Source: Spirochaetaceae bacterium (GTDB lineage: Bacteria; Spirochaetota; Spirochaetia; DSM-2461). Taken from it: a stretch of 64,000 nucleotides of DNA. The stretch's first letter is position 1. Every line of letters starts with the position of its first letter. The translations under genes and the position numbers were made by a program. The notes beneath the pieces were generated by a model. It made no database searches. It was not told the origin of the DNA and saw only the letters and a program-made list of their open reading frames with translations. The stretch spans positions 32,001 to 96,000 of the forward strand of contig JAOPTT010000001.1 of NCBI GenBank assembly GCA_051531975.1, written 5' to 3'. Positions 10,117 to 20,818 of the stretch are shown one piece after another.

Positions 10117-12839
10117 GAATCCTTTTGTCCATGTTTAGATTGAAATTACTATAGGGATTTACATGCTGGTAAATGAGAGGTGTTAATGCCCTGTAATCTT
10201 CAATCTGCATTTTATTCTGCCAATCATTTTTGGATAGGACTTCCTGGATCATCAGTGTATTTATATAAACTAAGCAGTTTTGTAATAGATGTAATGAAAG
10301 AACTGACAGTTCCTGATCTTCAAGATTGTTACTCTGAATTTCTCCGGACTTTCCATAAAATATAAAACTATTCGCAGAATTCCAATTTTCAACAACATTT
10401 AATCCTTCATGAATTTCTATCCTTAGTTCTTCTGACATGAGATATTCACAAAGGAATATTGTTTTGACAACTTTCCCTAACTCCTGGAGAGCTTTGTATG
10501 TTGGATGTTGAAGATTGTTTCTGGTAAACCTCTTCATTATTGCTTCTGTTTCAGCAGTGCCTAATCTAAGAGCAGTAGTATATTTAATCATTTGATCGTA
10601 TTGTTCTTTTATAATATTCCAGTCAATTTGTCGTGTAAGAACAGGTGTAATATTTGTAAGATCATTTCTAATAGAATTATTAGGAAGATACAGTTTTTGT
10701 CTGTTTATATTCTTGAATCTTGGCATTAATGAGAAATTCAGGAGATGCGAGAATGCAAAAGCAACTTCACTCTGTCCATGAGTATCTACATAATTTCTAT
10801 CAATATTCAATTTTGTACAGTGCCTCAAAACTCCTTCTATCATAGATGCGACTTCTGAAGATGAGCAGCTTTTTAATTGGGAATATATACATGTTGAGTT
10901 CTTTTCAACATGCCAGTAAATCATCAAAAGTCTCAGAACTATTACTTGCCTTGGCAATCCTTTTAAGTCCAGTATTTGTTCCGAGTCCATATAAAGTAAT
11001 TAACAATCTTCTTTGTATGTTTTCCCGATCAAGAGTTTCTCTTACCGCCGTTGATTTAAAATTATCTGTAAAACTAGTGTAATAATCCGTTTCTTTGAGA
11101 ATATCTAAAAGATTGATCATCGGCCACTTTCTCATTAATTCTGACTTCAATATTGATAAGTTCAATGGCTCATTCTGTGGATCTGACGGAGTAACAGAAA
11201 TCCGACCTCCTTTAAATGTTGTAATTTTAACCTTGGGATTTTTTGGAATATTATTATTTAATCTCTGTAATGCATCATCCATTTCATTTTTAAGTTTTTC
11301 AATAAAAATCATTGCATCATTTGGTTGTTTCAATGCCTCATAATATTCATCTCTTTTTATGTCAAAATCATCTGGTAAATCATCCTCTGGATTTCTATAC
11401 TTATCAGCTCCTGTTATCCAGACTTCTTTGCATCTCAGTTTTGCTCTAAGAGCTTGAAGAACACATATCTCATAATTAAATCGTTCAATTACATCTTTTC
11501 CATGTTCATTTTTCTGAATTATAGCACTTTTCCATTTTGACTTAATAATTCCAGAAATTGGGAAAGTATCATCAATTTGTAGATATCTTGCTGATGAGTC
11601 GATATTTTCTTTCACAATTTTTAATGCTTCAAGGACCGGTTTATGGATATCGTTATTTGATTTGAATTCAATAATATTTAGAAGTTTAGGAAGCATTCTT
11701 CGATAATGTCTTGAATAAGAATTTTTCATTACAGTACGCACTTTCCCTGTGAATGCGCTGTTATTCATTTTTAAATCTTGAATGAGATCTTGCAAGAGCT
11801 TTTTATTAAATGATGGATAAATTACATCTTTAATAATTCCTTCCGGATTTTCTATAGATAATTCAGCTATACCTTTTAAGATATTATATTTACCATGAAC
11901 TTTTTTAATTTCCTTAATTATTTCTCGTTCTACTTTTTTAACAGCCTTAGAATCGATCTTATGTATAATAGATATTAATAAATCAGCCAGGTTATCAGTA
12001 ATCTCCCTACCTCTTTCCCAGAAAAAGATAGCAAGAAGAGAATATCTGATTTCATCAGGATGTCGTTTTATTTCTCCTAATAATTCTGATGAAATTCTTT
12101 GTTTATATTCCTTCAATATTTTTTGCGGAATATCATCAAAAATATTTTCTGGTATTTTAAGATTTCTGATAACTTGAAGTTTTTTAACTTCGTCAAGAAT
12201 ACTTTCTAGGCCAATTCGTCCAGGATCACTTCTCAGTTTATTAAAAGTTATAATATCATCTGTATTATCATAATTTTCATATTGTGCAAATTCATGAATA
12301 AGGTGATCAATTAAATAAAGTGTTTCATCTGCCAATCGTTCTTTTATTGAAAGGAAAAGTCTTCTCTCATATTTTATCGTAGCGGAAGATGAAATTCTAT
12401 CCATTCTATCAGATGTTGGAGGCTCAAGTTTAAGTTCCCTGAGACGCTTTAAAGCTATTGTTGTAACAATTTCCTTTTTGTAGCAATTATTATTTTTATA
12501 AAGCCATTCGATAAGGTTTTCTGTATCTTGTAGAGTCATTTCTTTGAAATCAAAAAATTCTCTGATTTCAGCACGATGTCTTTTTATAGTTCTACTATTC
12601 CAGTCATATTGTTTAAAAATATCTATGGTAATATTGAGTTGTTTTGCAATAAAAAGAATGACCTGATGGGGAATTTCAAGCTGGTTTATTGGAAATCTTG
12701 CTTCTAATTTAAAAAACTTATACAAACAAGCAAAGCCCAATCTATTTGTGTCATTACTTTTTTTATATATGAATTCTAAATCAGATTTAATCAATGTAAA
12801 TAAATCTATCAGTTCATCAGTCTCCCAAACTCTTTTCAT
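10100..12839 (-). pseudogene. tnpA: Tn3-family transposase, split into two frames (10905-12839 and 10100-~10924)
   Basis: N-terminal DUF4158-like MKRVWETDELIDLFTL; C-terminal DDE_Tnp_Tn3 motifs [20 protein letters not shown]; frame break at ~10916-10924. Confidence 0.9.
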
Positions 12840-12888
12840 TACCGCCTCTTTATATGAATTATTTCCTTTAATAAGGAATAGCACATGA

Positions 12889-12951
12889 TTAATATTTTTC
12901 TTTGGTCAAAGAGGTTCGAACTTCTTCAGCAGAGATATGCGTATAAATCTG
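12889..12951 (-). pseudogene. C-terminal stub of a tyrosine recombinase (TnpI-like resolvase)
   Basis: Translates QIYTHISAEEVRTSLTKEKY*, matching the (T)QIYTH catalytic-tyrosine box; lies between the IR and tnpA. Confidence 0.6.
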
Positions 12952-12993
12952 TCAGAGCGGTATGTCTTCGTAGGTGATTGTAAATATCCTTTT

Positions 12994-13055
12994 CTATTAA
13001 AGTTAGTTTATACTAATTCCGTGGCCCCTGGTGACAGCTTCGCTTCCACTACCCC
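12994..13055 (-). repeat. Tn3-family terminal inverted repeat (tnpA 5' side)
   Basis: Reverse complement of 10055-10116. Confidence 0.9.
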
Positions 13056-13230
13056 TATTAACAATTATAGGAATAAAAAAAATTATTACATATATTTACA
13101 CATTATTTATTAAAAAATAAATAAACTTTGGGAAAAATTTAAATACATAAAAAATGGTCTAGTTCTAACTTCTTATTGTAGGTATTCTGTCTAGTGCTTA
13201 ACGTTTGTGTAGGTAAAAATGATATTTATT

Positions 13231-14571
13231 TTATGAATACTTTTTATTTTCAATCACTTCTAGAAAATCATTAATTGTTTCAAACCTATTTATATTCTGT
13301 ACTAGAATGGTATAAAAAACCCATACAACATGTAAAAACTCATCTAAAACCTCCATTTGGTCAATTGGTTGCTTTCCATGGTGTACATATCTTGAACGTA
13401 ATCCATATATCTTTTTTATAAGTTTAACAATTTTTACTCTTTCATCAGCTGTATTACCAACAATAAATGCTATTCGTTCAGATATATTTTGAGTTAATGG
13501 TTCTGTTTCATTTTTTATAATTAGACTTTCAAGACTAACAAGAACATATAGTAATTTATCATATATTTCTTTTTGTATTGTGTGTTTAGAGTAAATCTGT
13601 AGTGAATCGTATAACTTAGATTGATAATTATTTTTGTTTTCTATTCTTATTAAATCACTAAAGGATGATAAAGATGAATTTGTAAGATAATGTATAGTTT
13701 CATTTGCAATTGGGTCAACATTTACATTATTAACAATAGAAGTTTTATTGGAAACTAATTCTTGTGTATTTTTATCAATAATCAAAGTATGATTTACTTC
13801 TGATAATTTCCAAGAATTCAAATCTATATATGACTTTACAGTAATTTTTAAATTACTCATTGAAAATATTCTTAGAACCATAAATGCATCATTAATTTTA
13901 TCATATGCCATTTCCATAGCCTTATTTTTTTCTGCTTTGACTGAATATGCTGCAGCAATATAACCTTGATGATCTTTTTTAAATTTTTCAATATGATTTA
14001 AAATATTTTCATCTGATTTATCACTTTCTGAAAACCATTTGTCGATAATTGTTGGTGACATATTATATATTTGAATATTCCCTAATTTAAAGTTCGATTC
14101 AGTAAACATATTATGAATAGGTACAATAATCGTATACTCTTTTATTTCTTTTTCAAATAAATTATTCAGATATTCTAAATATGTTTCATTTGAGTTTGTT
14201 CTAATAGATATTTCTATCCAATCTTTATATATTTCAGTTAAATATTTAATGCTTAACAATTTATATTCAATCTCATTATTTAATTTTAATAAAATATTAA
14301 TTAAATCATTAAATGAATCTCTTAGTAATTGATATTTACAATTATCAAAAATAAAATAAAATCCAATTTCATTACCTAAATAATCTGAATATGAGATTTT
14401 TAATGATTGAATATCTTTAGCTGTTATTACCCCAGATACATAACAATCATTAGTTTTGGGTTTGGGTTTGGGTTTGGGATTGTTATCAATTGGTTCCATT
14501 TTAATTACTTCTATTTTTTGAGATATGTGTATTAATTTAGTATTATAATTATCAAGTGCTTTTGGGTGCAT
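13231..14571 (-). CDS. HEPN-domain protein (ApeA-like), candidate RNase effector
   Basis: C-terminal SLESL...ISERIAFI...IYGLRSRYVHHG (RxxxxH motif); RBS GGAG. Confidence 0.7.
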   Translation of the reverse strand: MHPKALDNYNTKLIHISQKIEVIKMEPIDNNPKPKPKPKTNDCYVSGVITAKDIQSLKISYSDYLGNEIGFYFIFDNCKYQLLRDSFNDLINILLKLNNEIEYKLLSIKYLTEIYKDWIEISIRTNSNETYLEYLNNLFEKEIKEYTIIVPIHNMFTESNFKLGNIQIYNMSPTIIDKWFSESDKSDENILNHIEKFKKDHQGYIAAAYSVKAEKNKAMEMAYDKINDAFMVLRIFSMSNLKITVKSYIDLNSWKLSEVNHTLIIDKNTQELVSNKTSIVNNVNVDPIANETIHYLTNSSLSSFSDLIRIENKNNYQSKLYDSLQIYSKHTIQKEIYDKLLYVLVSLESLIIKNETEPLTQNISERIAFIVGNTADERVKIVKLIKKIYGLRSRYVHHGKQPIDQMEVLDEFLHVVWVFYTILVQNINRFETINDFLEVIENKKYS

Positions 14572-14658
14572 GGTTTCTCCAATATATGTTTATTTAAATT
14601 GCTACGAGAAGGAATTTAAATTATTTGTTTTTATATAATCTAAAAAACCTTTAAACAA

Positions 14659-16341
14659 CTATGTTTTAGTATATTCATGGTATAACTTTTTTTGAATTTC
14701 TTTATCTCCATAAAAAAATCTTTCTGCTGCTAGTTCATGTTTTTTCTCTTCAGAATAATTTAAAATATTTTGCTCTAATAATTTTCTAGCACTCCATGAT
14801 CCTAAATTCGCGATAGTGTTAATTTCATTATTAAATTTCTTTAAAGCATACTCTTCCCATTCTGGAAATTTTTTAATAATAACTAATGCATAATGACCTA
14901 AATAATCATGACTAACACTACAGTGTTCTGTAGGAAACATTTCACCAAGATTTAGCTCTTTTCTCAAGGAATTATAGTTTTTTAGTTCTGTAAGAATCTT
15001 TAGTTCAAATGACCATAATGATTTTAATTTTTCAATTGCTAAATGTACTTTAAAAGATTTATCATCTTGATAGTTACGTGTAAACTTTGTTACTGCTTCT
15101 AAAGTTAATAGGTCAATTTTTCTTAGAATATTTCTATTAGAAGAAGATAATATTTGTTCCCATGAAAACTCATCATACATGTATCTAGTTGATAAATGTT
15201 CAATTTTCCCTAAATTTAGTTTTTGTGAATTAGCAATACATAAGACTTTATTTATTCTTCTATATGTATCAGAAGCTAAAAGGATAACTTTCTTATTAGG
15301 ATCATTATCAGAAAAATTTAATGTTAATTCAATTAAATACTTAATAAATACTTTTAGATCATTTTTGTCTGTCTTTGGTAAATATTGGAATTTAATATTA
15401 TTTTGATCTGCTTTCATATAATATAATAGTGAATGACAAATATAATTAGCATTATAATCTCTTTCTAATCTTGGAAACATTTTATATGGTATGAAAAATA
15501 ATTCTTTATTTATTGATAGTTCAATTAATCTATTATTCATGCTATCTAGAGAAGGGTTTGTTGGAGTTATGAAATATAGAATATCTATAATATCATCAAG
15601 AGTTTCATTGCTTTTATCATTCCAATTATCTTGTTTTATTAAACCTTTTTGTTGGAAATTTTTTAATACAAGTGACCTTTTTGATAATAATTTATCTTTA
15701 ATCAAATCAGAAAATTCATTAACTCTTTGCTGGTTGAATTCCTTATCAAATGCTTTATCAAGAACTTTCAAAACTCTTCTTTTGTAGTAAAACCATGATT
15801 GTAATGGAGATAATAAGATTTGTAACATTTCAAATGATTCTAATAGATCAGAGATTTGTATATGTAGAACAGGTTCAGTAAGGCTTTCTTCCCTATCAAA
15901 GATTTCTAGTTTTTGACCATCGCAAAGCACAATTAAAACAGAATTAATATTAGGGTGTACAGAATATTCTACTGCTTGACTAAGATCTGCATACCTAAAG
16001 TTTTTAGGTTTAATTGGTTTTTTAGCCTCAATCAACCAAAAATTTTCCTCCCATAAGAGTATTGAATAATCAATATACTTGTTCTTTTTTCCTAAAAACT
16101 GGATATTCTTTTCTCTTTTTACTGATGAGTATGTACCATGTTTATACCCTAAATGTTTTATTATTGGATCAATTATTTCTGCTCTTACATCAGCTTCTGA
16201 AAACCCTTCGACATTAATAGTTTGAATAAATTTAATTTCTTCTATTTGTGATTCACTCAATGGCTCAGGTTTTTTATATGTAAGACTAAATTGTATTAAT
16301 TCCTTTAAGGTTCTTATCTCTTTCATTTCATAATTTTCCAT
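14659..16341 (-). CDS. Protein with N-terminal HsdR_N-like PD-(D/E)xK nuclease domain
   Basis: SEADVRAEIIDPIIKHLGY...KREK...YIDY...LIEAKK...QAVEYS...VLCDG; no helicase motifs. Confidence 0.7.
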   Translation of the reverse strand: MENYEMKEIRTLKELIQFSLTYKKPEPLSESQIEEIKFIQTINVEGFSEADVRAEIIDPIIKHLGYKHGTYSSVKREKNIQFLGKKNKYIDYSILLWEENFWLIEAKKPIKPKNFRYADLSQAVEYSVHPNINSVLIVLCDGQKLEIFDREESLTEPVLHIQISDLLESFEMLQILLSPLQSWFYYKRRVLKVLDKAFDKEFNQQRVNEFSDLIKDKLLSKRSLVLKNFQQKGLIKQDNWNDKSNETLDDIIDILYFITPTNPSLDSMNNRLIELSINKELFFIPYKMFPRLERDYNANYICHSLLYYMKADQNNIKFQYLPKTDKNDLKVFIKYLIELTLNFSDNDPNKKVILLASDTYRRINKVLCIANSQKLNLGKIEHLSTRYMYDEFSWEQILSSSNRNILRKIDLLTLEAVTKFTRNYQDDKSFKVHLAIEKLKSLWSFELKILTELKNYNSLRKELNLGEMFPTEHCSVSHDYLGHYALVIIKKFPEWEEYALKKFNNEINTIANLGSWSARKLLEQNILNYSEEKKHELAAERFFYGDKEIQKKLYHEYTKT

Positions 16342-16353
16342 CCCAATGTTTAG

Positions 16354-18087
16354 TTATATTTTAATTTTTTTATGTTTTATATTAAAATATTGGAGTATTT
16401 CATCTCCAAACTGATTATATTCATCTTTGTTCATATAAGAAGGATAGTTATAATTTTCATCTATAAAATCGACAAATTTAATTGTGCTATCATTTATAAT
16501 AGAATCGCAATATTTTTGTAAACAATCACTTAGACTTATATTACCTGTATAAATCTTGGAAAAGTCACTTATATTACATATTATTGGAGCATGATATTTT
16601 ATATCTTTAACAGATATTTCATTAACATATTCTTTATTATATTTATGTATTAACAAATTTAAAAAATTAATAGAAAGAGATGATTCTTGGGTTATCACTA
16701 AATTGTATATATTTTTAATTCCACTTAAAGTACTTGAATGATCTTCCCATAAGTCTTCTGAGATACCTTTAGAGATTTTTCCATTTAGATGTAATAATTG
16801 TAATGTTCCTTTTCTTTCATTTGGAGGTAATTTGTAATAGTCTTCTTCTCCAGGATAATATAATCCATATTTAGACAAAATTTTCATTAAAATTTCTTCA
16901 TTAAAATAAGATGATAATAATCTTATTGGTAAATACCCTGCCTTTATTTCAATAAAAATAAGGCTATCATCTATTTTTATAATTAAATCAGTTATTTCTT
17001 GGCCATCAGTATATTTATTATTTAACAAATTTAGTTTCAATTTATTCTTGAAAAAATCTTCTACTGATTTCTCGAAGCAATGCCCTAAAGCATTTGATCT
17101 TAGGTCTACATTTCTTTTTTGTTCTTTTAATTCTTTATTATTTAGAAATTTATCCTCTAAATCTAGAAAAGTATTTCTAAAACATCGTTCAATAAGAATT
17201 CCTACATCTAAAATTCTATATTTGTCTTTTGATAATTTTTCTATAGGATGACACCATACAGAATAGTTATTATTTAATTGTAATTTATCTATATTTGAGA
17301 CAGTTAAATTTAAATCAAACGATTCAAAAAATGTCCTTAAATGAGTAATAAGTGTAGTACTATCATCTTTGAATTCATTAAAATCAGAGTTTAAATCGAT
17401 AATATTACTATAATCATTGGCTTTATATCTAATAATTAAACATAAATTTAAGATATAACAAGTTTTTATTTTATCTAGAATATGTATTCCAGTTTCTGAA
17501 AATAAGAGCTCATTTGCTTGCTTTCCTTCTGCTGTTTCCAAAATATCAACCATCAAATAATAATTTCTTTTAATTTCTGACAAAATTATTTTTGACTTTT
17601 CTAAATGAAAATTCGATCTAAAAAGATCCGTGAGAAGTTTTAATATATTTTCAATTGATAAATCACCATTATATTCACCATCTGTTGAAACATCCTCAAA
17701 ACAATTAATCTTAGATAACTCCTTATGTAATTGACTTATATCTATAAGTTTTTTATCAGTTTTAGATTCTACAAAACTGTTTTTCAGAATAAATAATAAG
17801 TTTTGTCTAGTTACTATAGTTGCTAATCCGTATTCTCTTTTATATTTAGAATATAGAGAACCAAATGATTTACGGCTAGTTTCATCTAGTAAATTATAAT
17901 AAAGTTGAGGATCACTTAACTGAGAGTAATAATTTAATTTAGCTAAGTATTCAATGATTGTATCACGTAATAAAGAGGGATTATAATTCTCTACAATTTC
18001 TAATAATGGTTGTTCGATATTGGATGGTGGTGATATTCCTTCATATAAATCTGTATATGCTAGCCTAGTTATTAACATTGTACTCAT
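16354..18087 (-). CDS. Hypothetical protein with C-terminal NERD-like PD-(D/E)xK nuclease domain
   Basis: GHCFEKSV...ITDLIIKIDDSLIFIEIKAG...GTLQL; start moved to ATG 18087 (RBS AAGGAG). Confidence 0.6.
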   Translation of the reverse strand: MSTMLITRLAYTDLYEGISPPSNIEQPLLEIVENYNPSLLRDTIIEYLAKLNYYSQLSDPQLYYNLLDETSRKSFGSLYSKYKREYGLATIVTRQNLLFILKNSFVESKTDKKLIDISQLHKELSKINCFEDVSTDGEYNGDLSIENILKLLTDLFRSNFHLEKSKIILSEIKRNYYLMVDILETAEGKQANELLFSETGIHILDKIKTCYILNLCLIIRYKANDYSNIIDLNSDFNEFKDDSTTLITHLRTFFESFDLNLTVSNIDKLQLNNNYSVWCHPIEKLSKDKYRILDVGILIERCFRNTFLDLEDKFLNNKELKEQKRNVDLRSNALGHCFEKSVEDFFKNKLKLNLLNNKYTDGQEITDLIIKIDDSLIFIEIKAGYLPIRLLSSYFNEEILMKILSKYGLYYPGEEDYYKLPPNERKGTLQLLHLNGKISKGISEDLWEDHSSTLSGIKNIYNLVITQESSLSINFLNLLIHKYNKEYVNEISVKDIKYHAPIICNISDFSKIYTGNISLSDCLQKYCDSIINDSTIKFVDFIDENYNYPSYMNKDEYNQFGDEILQYFNIKHKKIKI

Positions 18088-18184
18088 ACAGTATCTCCTT
18101 TTAAAGATGTAACTATTAAATATAAACCTTAGCATATAAATAATATTTAATTTGTATAGATTAGACTTCTATTTCGTTTTGCTA

Positions 18185-20674
18185 CTAGTAAATCTTTTTA
18201 GTTACTAATTGTAAATTAAATTCTTTTTTCTTTTTAGTTTGATATAATTCAATCGGAGGTAAAAATACAGACCTAGTTTTATTTTTACTTTGAATTATTG
18301 GAAGTAATATTTTGATGTATTCATCTGGAAACTTGTAACCAAGCGTAATTTTTGTAATATAAGCCCCAATTAATTTATTTTTTTCATTTGGTTTCAGTGG
18401 ATAATTATAATTGATTTTAGGATTACTAGGCTTGTATGCAAAGAGCCTATATTCATTTTCATATTTCCATGAATTATGTTTAACAAAAATTCCAGCATCA
18501 AATAGACCATATTCTTCAATTATTTTATTCTTATCAATATGGGGTGACACATATTTTACATTATTCCAACCAATATTATTTGGTAAAGATGTAATTTTAT
18601 ATGATATGCAAATACCATTGTGACTGTCTCCATAATGAGACCACATAAGAGTATTATTTTGTTCTGTTGTTAATGCGACAATACGAATATCTTTAGATTT
18701 TAATTTCCATAAATCATAATCTCCTTCATCAACCATTGTAGGTAAAGGTATATCCATTGGATCATTTAATTGATTTATTTCAGAAAAATATAGAAAATCA
18801 TTAGATATTGAATCAAGGATATTATTGTCAAACGCTTTAAATTTATGTAGTTCCCTATTTAATGTTGTAAAGCCAGATCCAATTCTATAAAAATCTTTAT
18901 ATTGAGTTTTTGTTATTGATTCAGATAGTTCTTCATATGATTGACTAATAGAATTTTCTAATGCCTCTAGTTCAACTTTTTCAATACCACGAGCTTTTAG
19001 TTTTTCTTTTTCAATATTTAATTTATTTTGTTCTCTAGTTAATCGACCTGTATCTAAAAATCCAAGCTTTAAGCTTTTTTCAATATATTCTTCTTCTAAT
19101 TTGTGGTTTTCTAAAATTCCATAACACACTCCTATATTATTTAAAGTTATAGGATTATTTGAATCATTTACTAATAATTTATCATATGTTTTAACAGCCT
19201 CTTCATACATATCTAGATCCATGAATGAACTTGCTAATCTATTCAAAAAATTAGTATCTTCTATATTATGATTTTTTGATATTTCAATAACCTTCTTATT
19301 TAATTCTGTACTTAATTTGTTTTCAATTTTATTTAATCTTTTATGTATTTCATCGTAACATTCTGACCTATAATCATTACCATCTAATAATTCTTTTGCT
19401 AATTTCTTAGCTTTAGATGTAGTGCTAAAGTTAATAGCCTCTTCAGAATATATGTTGTTGATAAAGTCTTTGGATATAACTATATCCTCAAGGTTTATTT
19501 CATTTATTTTTTTAATCTTTGAATTTATTTTATAAATAGATGCTTCAAGGTTTGCATTTAAATAAAAATATAAGCTATCTTTTATAATAGTATGATTTTT
19601 TTGAATATCTTCTTCTTTAGCAATATAGTAAGCAAAGCGACTATTCTTAATTGCATTATGATAATCATTCTGTTTCATATTTATTTTAGATTTAATAATA
19701 TATGCATATATAACTGAAATATTATCATATACATAGAAGCCAATATTTGTACTTTCTAGGATTTCATTTACAATATCAAGTGCTTTTATATTTTGATTAA
19801 GATTTTCAAGACAATCTGCAATTTGGTATCTATATTGACTAATTATTTTCTTTTGATGAATTCCTGTTTCTATACAGTTTTTTGCTAATTCATAATTATT
19901 ATTTCTATAATAATATTCATATTGATCACTATGAGAGAGGGTCTTTAAATATATATGAGCTTTTTCAATGTTGTTAATTTTTTCATAATATTTTAAATAT
20001 AACCTATTATAATTATAGCTAACATTTTTAGTTTCAATATGTTCTATATCTAGTATTATTTTCTTAGATATATCTAGGTTTTCTAAATAAATAGATATTT
20101 CAAGCAACTGCAATTTATGTCTTACTGTTGCAACATTGTCATTTATTAATTTTTGGTATTCTAGAGATAAAAATTCTAAATCAGCATTAGAATAATGTCT
20201 ATCTTCGATTTTATACAAAAATGGATTATCCATAAGATATTTAATTTTTCTTTCTAATAAATTATTATCTAAGTTTATAGCATCATTAATATACGTAAGA
20301 CCTTGAATTATATTACTTTCGATTTTGATTGTATAAACCCCTAAATAGAAGAGAGTAACTGAAGTTTTAGGGTTTAATTCTAATGAAGTGATTAAAAATT
20401 CTTTAATATCATTATGTGTATAATATGAATTTATACTATTTTGCAGCTGTTCACATGTTAGGGCTAATTGATAATAAACTAAAGATTCATTATTGCTATT
20501 CTCAAGTAAATTATTCAGAGATTCTAGTTTTTTTGATGATTGACCTGTAACATCAAATAAGAAATACCAAATATATTCTTTGTCTTTTAATATTAGGTTT
20601 TTATCATTTAGATTGAGTTTTACTTTATCATAATTCTTATCACGAAAATATTTATAAATATCTTTTTTTGCCAA
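18185..20674 (-). CDS. TPR-repeat protein with C-terminal DUF2971 domain
   Basis: TPR-like helices (SLELNPK...YLG; TLNNIGVCY); LNDPMD, NTLMWSHYGDSHNGICISY, KHNSWKYENEYR, ITLG motifs; TTG start with RBS AGGAG. Confidence 0.75.
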   Translation of the reverse strand: MAKKDIYKYFRDKNYDKVKLNLNDKNLILKDKEYIWYFLFDVTGQSSKKLESLNNLLENSNNESLVYYQLALTCEQLQNSINSYYTHNDIKEFLITSLELNPKTSVTLFYLGVYTIKIESNIIQGLTYINDAINLDNNLLERKIKYLMDNPFLYKIEDRHYSNADLEFLSLEYQKLINDNVATVRHKLQLLEISIYLENLDISKKIILDIEHIETKNVSYNYNRLYLKYYEKINNIEKAHIYLKTLSHSDQYEYYYRNNNYELAKNCIETGIHQKKIISQYRYQIADCLENLNQNIKALDIVNEILESTNIGFYVYDNISVIYAYIIKSKINMKQNDYHNAIKNSRFAYYIAKEEDIQKNHTIIKDSLYFYLNANLEASIYKINSKIKKINEINLEDIVISKDFINNIYSEEAINFSTTSKAKKLAKELLDGNDYRSECYDEIHKRLNKIENKLSTELNKKVIEISKNHNIEDTNFLNRLASSFMDLDMYEEAVKTYDKLLVNDSNNPITLNNIGVCYGILENHKLEEEYIEKSLKLGFLDTGRLTREQNKLNIEKEKLKARGIEKVELEALENSISQSYEELSESITKTQYKDFYRIGSGFTTLNRELHKFKAFDNNILDSISNDFLYFSEINQLNDPMDIPLPTMVDEGDYDLWKLKSKDIRIVALTTEQNNTLMWSHYGDSHNGICISYKITSLPNNIGWNNVKYVSPHIDKNKIIEEYGLFDAGIFVKHNSWKYENEYRLFAYKPSNPKINYNYPLKPNEKNKLIGAYITKITLGYKFPDEYIKILLPIIQSKNKTRSVFLPPIELYQTKKKKEFNLQLVTKKIY

Positions 20675-20777
20675 AATAAGCTCCTAATGATATAATATTA
20701 GTAGATAATGTTTAATTAATAAATATTATGTTTAAAATACCTATAAAGCATTAAATAATCCTTAAATCCTAAGTTCA

Positions 20778-20818
20778 ATAGAGTTATATAGAATTACGAA
20801 TTTTCCATATAACTCTAT
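20778..20818. promoter_or_regulatory. 16-bp-arm palindrome between the recombinase and the defence-like gene cluster (operator or terminator)
   Basis: ATAGAGTTATATAGAA-N9-TTCCATATAACTCTAT (1 mismatch); further half-site ATAACTCTAT at 20871. Confidence 0.55.

Larger units (their letters stand above)
10055..13055 (-). mobile_element. Defective Tn3-family transposon (3001 bp)
   Basis: Terminal inverted repeats starting GGGGTAGTGGAAGCGAAGCTGTCACCAGGGGCCACGG (37 bp perfect, ~62 bp with 4 mismatches) at 10055 and ending 13055, enclosing a Tn3 tnpA. Confidence 0.95.

Noticed and set aside
10905..10990. Programmed frameshift in tnpA
   Set aside because: Tn3 transposases are not known to frameshift, there is no slippery site, and a conserved segment appears to be missing
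14659..16341. Complete type I restriction-modification system
   Set aside because: Only an HsdR_N-like nuclease domain is present; no helicase, HsdM or HsdS
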